64,000 nt of DNA from Gammaproteobacteria bacterium (GTDB lineage Bacteria > Pseudomonadota > Gammaproteobacteria > GCA-001735895), in NCBI GenBank assembly GCA_050298595.1, contig JBNKUM010000094.1:189539-253538 (forward strand), in the 5' to 3' direction. Below are positions 31,807-39,799 of this stretch, piece after piece. The notes under the pieces are model-generated. The model did not search any database. It had not been told where the DNA came from and saw only the letters and a program-made list of their open reading frames with translations. Within the stretch, counting starts at the first letter, position 1, and each line of letters begins with the position of its first letter. Both the position numbers and the translations under genes were made by a program.

Positions 31807-32742
31807 GATTCGCCTGCTTGCAGGCAAATGCCTGGCATTCTTGTCCCGAGATGCCGGTGCAGCGACACATCGGGTTCCCATGATGGATAAGCCGGACATC
31901 CAGTGTAGTCGGCAGTGTCATCAGACCGCGTGAGGTCTTTACGATAATTGATGGCGACATCGAAAAAGGGGGAATGCCTGCATACCCTCGCCGGGGCAAC
32001 TCGGTCGATTTACGCAAGCCCAGTCCTCTACGTCTTCGGGTCGCTCGGAGATACTGATAAAGGGATGCATGGTAATTAAGGATGCCGGGCGGCTAAAACC
32101 GTGGTATTCGAATGTTTTCGTGACTGTTAACGCCATGGGTCAACATCTCGTTTCAGGAGGGATGAAGGGTGCACTTTTAGTCCGAGCCGTCAGGTTAGGG
32201 CGTTAGTGAAGTTTGAAGGGTGAGGGCAGTGGCCCAGATCCTGAAAAACGGTCAAGTAGCGGGATACGTGAAAGACATGGGGTGTGTGGCATTTTTGTCC
32301 TCAAAAGGGACTGGAACCACCGGAGTACGCACATCCTGGCAGGTTGTTGAAATAGCTCAACTGGTAGAGCAATTACCTCTTAAGTAATGGGTTTCAGGTT
32401 CAATTCCTGATTTCAAGGCAAACAGAAAATGGAAAGACGTACTCCAGCGTTAAGTGAAAGTGACCTAAGTCTCGGCAGCTTGCTGAACCGAGAAGGGTTT
32501 GAGGCCCCAAGCCAATAACCCGGGTACCGAATCGCATCAATGGGCCGGACAGCTCAGAGAGTAGATGAAGTGCCGAGTAGCTTAGCGGTATGTAGGTATT
32601 GCCACCTACTCAAACAAGGCGGTTACGAAGGTTTACCATGATGCCAAGAAAGGGGGCATGGTGGATAAGCTGGGAAACAGCGGGTGGAACCGACTGATAA
32701 TCCAGTGAAAGGATCTTCATAGAGGCTGTAATCTCAGGCCTT
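31807..32742 (+). ncRNA. large structured RNA, GOLLD-like, with embedded tRNA; boundaries approximate
   Basis: ~930 nt without a credible ORF; dense helices and GNRA loops (GGGCAACTC, GCTGGGAAACAGC); 3' end GGCTGTAATCTCAGGCC; tRNA-array context. Confidence 0.7.
32346..32418 (+). tRNA. tRNA-Lys(CTT), embedded, G1:G72 mismatch, no CCA
   Basis: Full D, anticodon and T arms; loop CTCTTAA. Confidence 0.8.
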
Positions 32743-32747
32743 ATTCT

Positions 32748-32823
32748 TCCCTGATGGCGTAAATGGTGAACGTAGCTGACTGTTAATCAGAAGTTTCGGG
32801 TTCGAATCCTGATCGGGGAGCCA
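32748..32823 (+). tRNA. tRNA-Asn(GTT)
   Basis: Cloverleaf, G73, CCA. Confidence 0.88.
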
Positions 32824-32829
32824 GATATT

Positions 32830-32913
32830 GGTTGTACTGAGCATTGGTGGGCTCACCTGGCTGTAACCCAGACTCCTCTGGACGTGATGGTTCGACTCCA
32901 TCTGCAACCACCA
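32830..32913 (+). tRNA. tRNA-Tyr(GTA)
   Basis: Cloverleaf with long variable region, C8, CCA. Confidence 0.85.
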
Positions 32914-33027
32914 GACAAAAAAATCATGAGAGCAAACTGCAGACACTCTCGATATCGATTGATAAAAGCGGCGTTGGCCGTGAATTATCCCCTGGCTAAT
33001 TCCTGAAACGGCGAGGGTTAGATTTAT

Positions 33028-33104
33028 GCGTCCGTAGTATAACTGGATATTACACCGGACTTTTAATCCGGCTAATGCGAGTTCAACTCTTGCCGGACGT
33101 ACCA
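33028..33104 (+). tRNA. tRNA-Lys(TTT)
   Basis: Cloverleaf, CCA. Confidence 0.88.
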
Positions 33105-33110
33105 TTTTAT

Positions 33111-33185
33111 TGCTCTGTAGCTCAATGGTAGAGCCCCCGGCTGATAACCGGAAGGTAGTGGGGTCAGTACCCACCAGAGCAACCA
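33111..33185 (+). tRNA. tRNA-Ile(GAT), non-canonical T-loop GTCAGTA
   Basis: Cloverleaf, CCA. Confidence 0.82.
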
Positions 33186-33260
33186 GTTTGTTATGTTCCC
33201 AGGCTCTGGACAAACGATATTCCTGCGAGCCAGGCTGCCCGACAATCGGGCTCAAATTAC

Positions 33261-33335
33261 ACTCCCGTGGATTAATGGTGAGATCGACAGACTTTCAATC
33301 TGTAGGTGAGGGTTCAATTCCCTTCGGGAGTACCA
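33261..33335 (+). tRNA. tRNA-Glu(TTC)
   Basis: Cloverleaf, CCA. Confidence 0.88.
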
Positions 33336-33340
33336 GATAT

Positions 33341-33414
33341 GGGGTCATAGTTAAGTTTGGGCGAGTGCCTGTTTTACAAGTTGATTATTGCCAGTTCGAT
33401 TCTGGCTGGCTCTA
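33341..33414 (+). pseudogene. degenerate tRNA, Ala-like acceptor (G3:U70) with TAC in the loop
   Basis: T arm and acceptor intact; D and anticodon stems broken; no CCA. Confidence 0.65.
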
Positions 33415-33553
33415 CTGAATGTGCCTACCTTGTTAGCTACAGGAAGGTCATCACACCACAGTCAGCACAGAGGGGGGCTGAATAGCAGCGAGGCTGCAAA
33501 ACGGTGCGGTAAAAGTCCGAAGTTTCGTAACACAACAGTAACGGAGGTATCCA

Positions 33554-33724
33554 ATGAATCACTATCGTAAATTTGAACGTGCAGTTCAGGATATGAATAT
33601 CCCGAAAAACCGCAAGACTGCCAACCCAGCTAATGCGAGTTGGTTCTTAAGGTCAGGAGTAGCCTACAACCGTGATCACGACAAGATCATGACGGCGATA
33701 TTCCATGCGCGCAATATTTCTTAA
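33554..33724 (+). CDS. small basic protein (56 aa, MNHYRKFERAVQDMNIP...WFLRSG...HARNIS)
   Basis: GGAGG RBS at 33543; fills the gap between two tRNAs; absent from the ORF track (<60 aa). Confidence 0.65.
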   Translation: MNHYRKFERAVQDMNIPKNRKTANPANASWFLRSGVAYNRDHDKIMTAIFHARNIS

Positions 33725-33728
33725 CAAT

Positions 33729-33806
33729 GGTGGGTATAGCTCAGTGGGTAAGAGCGCCGGGTTGTGACCTCGGAGGTCATCGGTTCAAGTCCGATTATTC
33801 ACCCCA
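33729..33806 (+). tRNA. tRNA-His(GTG)
   Basis: Cloverleaf, G-1:C73, CCA. Confidence 0.92.
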
Positions 33807-33872
33807 AACAAGGACTGCTTTAACTTCCCCCAGGGATTGGTGGATACAGACCCGGAGTTAAAGCACCAATTT

Positions 33873-33949
33873 ATCCTGATGGCCAAATTGAATAAGGCAG
33901 CGGTTTATGAAACTGGAGAATGCAGGTTTGACTCCTGCTCGGGATACCA
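33873..33949 (+). pseudogene. degenerate tRNA with ATG anticodon, probably ex-Arg(ACG)
   Basis: Acceptor, T stem and CCA retained; TTTGACT T-loop; mismatched anticodon stem. Confidence 0.6.
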
Positions 33950-33958
33950 AATCATTCT

Positions 33959-34035
33959 GCCGGGGTGATGGAATTGGCATACATGCTTGTCTTAGAAACA
34001 AGATTTTGCGGGTTCAAATCCCGCCCCCGGTACCA
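33959..34035 (+). tRNA. tRNA-Leu(TAG), short variable loop
   Basis: Cloverleaf, Leu-type D arm, A73, CCA. Confidence 0.88.
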
Positions 34036-34041
34036 GTTCAA

Positions 34042-34118
34042 TAGCGATTAACTCAGCTGGTTAGAGTGCCAACCTTACCAGTTGGATGTCGTGTGTTCGA
34101 ATCACACATCGCTAACCA
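34042..34118 (+). tRNA. tRNA-Val(TAC), C37
   Basis: Cloverleaf, CCA. Confidence 0.88.
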
Positions 34119-34119
34119 C

Positions 34120-34196
34120 GGCAAAGTGGCTGAAATGAAAATGGCGCAAACCTCATAAGATTGAAAATGCCGATTTAATCCCGGCCTTTGCCTCCA
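34120..34196 (+). pseudogene. degenerate tRNA-Met-like (CAT)
   Basis: Perfect acceptor and CCA; D-loop GG and T-loop degraded. Confidence 0.6.
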
Positions 34197-34202
34197 ATAT
34201 TT

Positions 34203-34277
34203 AGCGAGATAGACCTAATGTTAGAGCACCGGGTTCATTTCCCCGAAGACCCGGTTTAGATTCAAAATTTCGCTCCC
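34203..34277 (+). pseudogene. degenerate initiator-like tRNA (CAT)
   Basis: AGCGAGA/TTTCGCT acceptor; GGG/CCC anticodon stem; T stem destroyed. Confidence 0.55.
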
Positions 34278-34283
34278 GATTAT

Positions 34284-34361
34284 CTGGGTGTAGCTCAGTC
34301 TGGTCAGAGTTCTTGCCTTGGAAGCAAGATGCCGTTGGTTCGAATCCAACCACCCAGACCA
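34284..34361 (+). tRNA. tRNA-Pro(TGG)
   Basis: Cloverleaf, C1:G72, CCA. Confidence 0.92.
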
Positions 34362-34366
34362 AATAT

Positions 34367-34441
34367 GCGGATGTAGCTCAACGGTAGAGCATTGCCCTGT
34401 CAAGGCAGAGGTCGTGGGGTCAGTACCCATCATTCGCGCCA
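34367..34441 (+). tRNA. tRNA-Asp(GTC), non-canonical T-loop GTCAGTA
   Basis: Cloverleaf, G73, CCA. Confidence 0.85.
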
Positions 34442-34464
34442 GATTCTACGAAAGGAAAAGTCCA

Positions 34465-34590
34465 GTGAAACAAAGAAACCCTGTGCCCGTTAACAGGCCC
34501 TGGAAGGAAAGTGTTTATGAAAATAGTAGCAAGGCCAAACGTCAACAATCAAAGATGGCGTTTCAAAAAAGATTATGTGGACGTGGCTGA
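34465..34590 (+). CDS. small Lys/Arg-rich ORF (41 aa, MKQRNPV...) whose stop lies inside tRNA-Cys
   Basis: AAAGGA RBS at 34451, GTG start. Confidence 0.4.
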   Translation: MKQRNPVPVNRPWKESVYENSSKAKRQQSKMAFQKRLCGRG

Positions 34591-34652
34591 ATGATTATAG
34601 CGCCTGGTTGCAACCCAGGATTTTGCAGGTTTGATTCCTGTCGTCCACTCCA
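34577..34652 (+). tRNA. tRNA-Cys(GCA)
   Basis: Cloverleaf, U73, CCA; T-loop TTTGATT. Confidence 0.82.
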
Positions 34653-34701
34653 AATGTTAGGGCCTGCTAAGTCGTACAACCTTTTACGTTAATTTTTAAA
34701 T

Positions 34702-34775
34702 AGTCCTGTGGTGTAGCGGTAACACTCTTGTCTTTGACACAAGCATCGGTAGTTCGAATCTACCCGGGGCTGCCA
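34702..34775 (+). tRNA. tRNA-Gln(TTG)
   Basis: Cloverleaf, G73, CCA. Confidence 0.9.
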
Positions 34776-34797
34776 GATATTATCAGTTTGTCATACT

Positions 34798-34872
34798 GGG
34801 CCGTTAGCATATTGGTAGATGCAAACCCCTCATAAGGGTTTGAAGAAAGTTCGATTCTTTCACGGCCTACCA
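34798..34872 (+). tRNA. tRNA with CAT anticodon (Ile2-like or Met)
   Basis: Cloverleaf, GGGCC acceptor start, CCA. Confidence 0.85.
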
Positions 34873-34961
34873 CATAGCTTGTATCTCCCTGCGTATCAAT
34901 AGGGTCAGAGTGAATGAAGCTTACTTAAAACTTGATGCACTGTCATTGCATTTCAATTTCT

Positions 34962-35038
34962 ACCCCTGTAGCTTAATCGAATAGAGCACCTGGCTTCGAA
35001 CCAGGCGGTTGGGAGTTTGAGTCTCTCCAGGGGTGCCA
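34962..35038 (+). tRNA. tRNA-Arg(TCG)
   Basis: Cloverleaf, CCA; T-loop TTTGAGT. Confidence 0.82.
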
Positions 35039-35044
35039 ATAATT

Positions 35045-35120
35045 GTAGCGATAATTCAATTGGCAGAATGCCGGTCTCCAAAACCGGACGTTGGGGGTTC
35101 GAGGCCCTCTCGCTACGCCA
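35045..35120 (+). tRNA. tRNA-Trp(CCA)
   Basis: Cloverleaf, G73, CCA. Confidence 0.88.
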
Positions 35121-35179
35121 TGCATGTGATTCCAAATGGTCTTCTATTTTTTAACATGGACAAGATCTGGAGGTTAACT

Positions 35180-35752
35180 ATGGTCACATCCATTCTACAA
35201 CTGGATATTGCAGGAAACCCTGCAGGCTGGATCAATCATCGGCAAGCCATCTTGTTGGTGGCCTCAGATCGTGTGGTAGCCGGTCTGGGTGACCATGATT
35301 TTATATTTCAGGGTGGGGTAAACCGGGTTACCCGGTCACGATCATGCGTGATTGTCAGCTCCATTTTGCTGACTCGTGAGAGAGTAGTTGGGAATCGGTG
35401 GCAACATAACTTTGAAGCCCCGTTGACCAATAAAGGGCTGTTTGCTCGGGACCGGTATATGTGCCTGTACTGTGGACAAAGCCACGTTCCATCACAACTG
35501 ACAATGGATCATGTGATGCCGAAATCTCGAGGAGGTGCAGATACCTGGGTAAATGCAGCGACAGCCTGTCGCAAGTGTAATCATGCCAAAGGTAATCGAA
35601 CCCCGGAAGAATGGGGGCACCATCTGTTGGCGGTGCCATTTGCACCGAACTGGGCTGAATACCTGTACCTGAAAAACACGCGACGCATCATTGCGGATCA
35701 AATGGCTTTTTTAAAAAGTCGATTTCGTAAGGACAGTCCGCTGCTGGTCTGA
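35180..35752 (+). CDS. HNH endonuclease (McrA-like)
   Basis: RDRYMCLYCG...TMDHVMPKSRGG..W.N...C..CN..K; GGAGG RBS at 35169. Confidence 0.92.
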   Translation: MVTSILQLDIAGNPAGWINHRQAILLVASDRVVAGLGDHDFIFQGGVNRVTRSRSCVIVSSILLTRERVVGNRWQHNFEAPLTNKGLFARDRYMCLYCGQSHVPSQLTMDHVMPKSRGGADTWVNAATACRKCNHAKGNRTPEEWGHHLLAVPFAPNWAEYLYLKNTRRIIADQMAFLKSRFRKDSPLLV

Positions 35753-35904
35753 AGAGACAGGTCGGTAATTTTGGTAAAACCGACTCGGTCCAAAACCGGG
35801 TCGGGCGCAGGTAAGCATTTGATTTTATGGCTTTATTAGCTATTTAAATATACAAAGCTGACCTTAAAGGGGCAATTTAACGAACTTTGTAGGGCCAGCA
35901 GGTT

Positions 35905-36132
35905 CTAGTAAATACCACGCATCCGTATAAGCTTCAGGATCAGCACCACAAAGGGTGAACCGTGCATCAGCAGGTCAAAGATATCGAGCGGCTTCACCAG
36001 TGTTCCTGCTGAAAGCATCTTCAGCTTTTCCCATATGTGAGGCTCAGGAACAAAGGGTGCTAGCCCCAATAAGAGACAGGCAATCACTATCATCTGTAAC
36101 GAAATATTATCTAACCAGGACCTAACTTTCAT
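35905..36132 (-). CDS. small conserved membrane protein (GLAPFxPEPH family)
   Basis: LGLAPFVPEPHIWEKL...DIFDLLMHG. Confidence 0.75.
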   Translation of the reverse strand: MKVRSWLDNISLQMIVIACLLLGLAPFVPEPHIWEKLKMLSAGTLVKPLDIFDLLMHGSPFVVLILKLIRMRGIY

Positions 36133-36448
36133 AAAGTTCTCTAATTGTATATCCAAACATCTGTGATCATACTGCTACGCTGAAAGCATCTTAGGGTATA
36201 GTAATTTGCCTTGCAGTTACACAGGCTAAAAATTAGAACTGATCGAGGTACCCTTGACTAAGTGCTATTCTATTGTATCTCTGGAATTCCGTAATTTCCT
36301 TCTCAATAGATGGATGTCCTCGTTTACTTGCGTTTACTTTTTTTGGTAGCTTATAGCATAGTGAGAATATCTCAGTTAAAGTGATTCGGGTAATCTGCTA
36401 TGGTTTCCTGCTTGGAAAATTAATGCCTCAAAGTATTTAGAGAAAAAT

Positions 36449-37438
36449 ATGAAAACAAGAATATTAGGTAAGTCTGGTTATGTGGTATCTGAAATAGGTC
36501 TGGGTTGCTGGCAGCTCGGTAATGATTTTGGCCCAGTAGAAGAACAACAGGCTGTCGCAGTACTGGACACGGCTAAGACCCAGGAGATTAGTTTCTGGGA
36601 TACCGCCGATGTTTATGGTGCGGGTCTGAGCGAACGCCGTATTGGTCAATGGCTGGCCAGGTTAGGACCGAATGATAAACGCCCACTGGTGGCTACCAAA
36701 GTCGGGCGGGATGCCGCTCTTTATCCTGATGGATACACTAAAGACAAGGTGCGGACTAATTTGCTTGGCTCGATTGATCGTTTGGGTGTGGAAGCGTTAG
36801 ATCTGGTACAGCTACATTGTGTACCGACCGAGATATTGATGGCAGGCGATATGCTGGCCTGGATGGAGGACTTTCAACAGGAAGGGTTAATCAAGGCTTT
36901 TGGAGCCAGTGTGGAGAAAATAGAAGAGGCTTTGTTCTGTATTGAGCACCCTAAGATGACCAGCTTGCAGATTCTATTTAATCTCTTTAGGCAAGATGCT
37001 ACCGAAGTACTACTGCCCAAAGCAGCAGAAAAAGAGGTAGGTATTATTGTACGCTTGCCATTAGCCAGTGGCTTACTCAGTGGCAAGATGACCAAAGATC
37101 AGCAATTTGCGGAGGGAGATCACCGCAACTATAACCGTGATGGTGCCGCTTTCCATGTGGGTGAGACCTTCAATGGTATTCCCTTTGAAAAGGGCGTGGA
37201 GTTGGTGCAAGAACTGAATAGCTTTGTTCCTCAGGAAATGACGTTACTACAAATGGCCTTGCGCTGGATATTGGATCAACCGCAGGTGAGCACGATTATT
37301 GCTGGTTCTAGTAAAGCTCATCAGGTGGAAAGTAATGCCGCTGCTTCAGCGCTACCACCCTTACCTGACGCTCTGCATCAACAATTACGGGCCTTCTATT
37401 ACGACAAAGTAAGAGACCAGATTCGAGGAGGGATCTAA
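36449..37438 (+). CDS. aldo/keto reductase (copy 2)
   Basis: Near-identical 329-aa paralog of 20926-21915. Confidence 0.93.
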   Translation: MKTRILGKSGYVVSEIGLGCWQLGNDFGPVEEQQAVAVLDTAKTQEISFWDTADVYGAGLSERRIGQWLARLGPNDKRPLVATKVGRDAALYPDGYTKDKVRTNLLGSIDRLGVEALDLVQLHCVPTEILMAGDMLAWMEDFQQEGLIKAFGASVEKIEEALFCIEHPKMTSLQILFNLFRQDATEVLLPKAAEKEVGIIVRLPLASGLLSGKMTKDQQFAEGDHRNYNRDGAAFHVGETFNGIPFEKGVELVQELNSFVPQEMTLLQMALRWILDQPQVSTIIAGSSKAHQVESNAAASALPPLPDALHQQLRAFYYDKVRDQIRGGI

Positions 37439-37492
37439 GAGCTAATGGGGTTAGATTAAATTATATTTAACGTGTTCTTTGACACCAGTTAT

Positions 37493-37558
37493 TCAACGAT
37501 CAGCTATCGCATAGCCGTCGGCAAGCAACAGGAGCACAATGTCTTTATCCTGCAAGCA
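37493..37558 (+). pseudogene. tiny IS91/ISCR-like transposase remnant
   Basis: Translates STISYRIAVGKQQEHNVFILQ, resembling the recalled SITYRIAVGPQQGRKVFTLQ segment. Confidence 0.5.
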
Positions 37559-37581
37559 TAGCCAGCCATGCAAGTTCGGGA

Positions 37582-39411
37582 TCAATTGGGTTTGATTGGG
37601 AAGCCGCTATTTTCATGAACCAACGTCCAGCTCATTCCCTCATCGAACGACTCGTAGAACTCTCCAGTCGTGCCGTTGCAGCCAACTAAAAGCCGGTCGG
37701 TCACTTCAGAGATCAGATCTTTACAGTATTCTTTGGGTAAGGAAGCATCTGTTACATACCAGGACATTCCTCCATCCTTTGTAAACAATAAACGTGACTC
37801 TTTCAGTGGGGCTCCATAGGTGCCTAGCTCTCTAAAATCCACAGAAGCAATGGCCTCTTTTTCATTTTTAAACAGAGGCAGAGAATTGAATCCAAAGGGG
37901 GAAGACAGCTGTTTGATATTAGTCACGGTTTGATCGATGAGGTTTTGAGAGGCTTCTTCGCCTGGGCCTTCACAACCATCCTCATCTGGCCATTTACCAT
38001 CAACACAGGGTGTGACTCGACTCTTAAGAATCTTCCATAAGTCACTGTCAGAGTCATAACGATATAGATTAGCACCATAATTGAAGATGATTGCATGCTT
38101 ACCTTTTCTTCCTAACTTGACGCCGTCGTGAATAAAAACTGAGGTAATATCAGGTAGCTCCTGATCTGGTAAGGTAACCCAATCCTGATCGGTTAACTCA
38201 AATGCTTCCGTATTTGTCGGTGCAAAGAACCTGGTATCACCATGTGATACGAAGTCAATACTGATATATCGATTATCACCAACTTTCGAAACATTAACTT
38301 TCTTAATCGAATCTTTCCATCTATTTGAACCTGCAGGTGATGCTGATGCTGTCGAAGCATCCTGCCTCGCGCCGCTTCTGCTGTGCGACCAGCCATGGTC
38401 TGATGTATATCTATTCAATTCATCCCATTCAATAGAACCATTAACTTTATTTCCTCTAAGAATTCTTATTGTGTCACTGCTATTAGCAATTACATCCAGC
38501 GAATTTTCACCAGTAAAGTTGATGTAGTCTATTTGAAACTCCGAGGGCATACTTAAATCCACCCAACTACCTTTTGCCATTTTGTAAAAAAAACGGCCAT
38601 CCAGTCCACCAACCGCTATGTCACCTTTATTATTCTGAGAAATTGCTGTTAAACCTGAATTTGTATTCACAGTGTCCTGAGACCATCTTCCACTGGAATC
38701 TCGTTTTAAAATGACGCCTAACTTAGCCAGAAAATATATACTTCCATCTGGCGACTTATACCTGCCGTCAAAGATAGTCGGATGTTGAGAGGCTGTTAGG
38801 TACAACTTTTCTCGTTCACCATCGAATTCATCTTTATTCCACCTATAGATATGGGTATCCGGTGTTTTATAGGATGGGAAATAGGTGCTTAATACATTCG
38901 ACGGCTCATCGGGTACTCGTATGAGCATTCCAATATTTTCATCTCCCAGATGCTTCTGGTAAAAAACCAGACTACCGAGGTCAGTTACTTCTCCAGGTTT
39001 CACCTCAAAGGTACCAGACGCTTTACCAACAGGAATAGTCTGGTAGTAAATCAAATCATCCTGCACATGTCTGAAGCCAATCGCACCAAGGGTGTAAGCC
39101 CCACCAGGAGTCGCTGAAGCAAAGACCGTACTGCCGTCCGATAGTGGTCTAATGGAATTAAGCAGCTGAAACTTGGCGTCTTTGGACTCATTGATATTTT
39201 CGGGAGTAATGATTAACTCGTTGAAGGGTTTGGAAAGTGATGCGTTAATTATTTTTGCAACAACAATGCCATGATTTTGATCGAGTGGAGCGGAATTTTT
39301 CTCAGGTAATGGGGATAAATAATTAATATTGCCAGCACATCCAGAAACAAGAACCAGAAGTAAAGCTACAGCAAGCATATTAAAATCATGCAGAAAAGAA
39401 AATTTCTCCAT
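37582..39411 (-). CDS. lipoprotein with Asp-box/BNR beta-propeller features
   Basis: Lipobox VSGC; TKDGGMSW and SFDEGMSW. Confidence 0.75.
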   Translation of the reverse strand: MEKFSFLHDFNMLAVALLLVLVSGCAGNINYLSPLPEKNSAPLDQNHGIVVAKIINASLSKPFNELIITPENINESKDAKFQLLNSIRPLSDGSTVFASATPGGAYTLGAIGFRHVQDDLIYYQTIPVGKASGTFEVKPGEVTDLGSLVFYQKHLGDENIGMLIRVPDEPSNVLSTYFPSYKTPDTHIYRWNKDEFDGEREKLYLTASQHPTIFDGRYKSPDGSIYFLAKLGVILKRDSSGRWSQDTVNTNSGLTAISQNNKGDIAVGGLDGRFFYKMAKGSWVDLSMPSEFQIDYINFTGENSLDVIANSSDTIRILRGNKVNGSIEWDELNRYTSDHGWSHSRSGARQDASTASASPAGSNRWKDSIKKVNVSKVGDNRYISIDFVSHGDTRFFAPTNTEAFELTDQDWVTLPDQELPDITSVFIHDGVKLGRKGKHAIIFNYGANLYRYDSDSDLWKILKSRVTPCVDGKWPDEDGCEGPGEEASQNLIDQTVTNIKQLSSPFGFNSLPLFKNEKEAIASVDFRELGTYGAPLKESRLLFTKDGGMSWYVTDASLPKEYCKDLISEVTDRLLVGCNGTTGEFYESFDEGMSWTLVHENSGFPIKPN

Positions 39412-39799
39412 TTTATTACAACTCCTCTATCACAAATTACGACCGATATGGCCGATAAAACTATCCATAGGACTGTGGACTAATTCGAACGAGAATGGTG
39501 AGAACCAATAAGTTATTATTGGCAATCCCATCACAGAATACTTAAGATGCAGAAAGTTATCAGAATCTCAACCGTTGAAAAAGGATTTTTTGTTTGTTTT
39601 CTTTAAATTGAGTCATTGGTTTTCTGGTATACAGTATGTCAACATAAAAAAATTAAGCGGCGTATAAAAGAGCTTGAAACATAACAGGGTAAATGCACTT
39701 TGGAAAATATTAAGTCACTACACTTTATGTGACGAGGAATAGCTGATACTTTGTGTTAGCTGTCATATTCATAATTTCATCTAATATCGTTTATTGTTC

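Noticed and set aside
31807-32742. Group I/II intron, RNase P, tmRNA or rRNA fragment
   Set aside because: No split host gene, domain V, RNase P core or tmRNA ends recognised; a covariance search is still needed
33159-33171. GGGGTCAG inside tRNA T arms as a RAYT/REP motif
   Set aside because: Fully explained by the T stem and loop; lacks the usual downstream context of the motif
31537-33570. ORFs called across the ncRNA/tRNA region (e.g. 32734-33255, 33110-33418, 31667-32017)
   Set aside because: Shadow frames of structured RNA genes, with no protein motifs
35033-35179. N-terminal extension of the HNH ORF in the ORF track
   Set aside because: Overlaps tRNA-Arg and tRNA-Trp; the GGAGG RBS supports ATG 35180
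30030-35752. Prophage
   Set aside because: Repressor, tRNAs and HNH are phage-like, but there are no integrase, replication or structural genes and no att repeats
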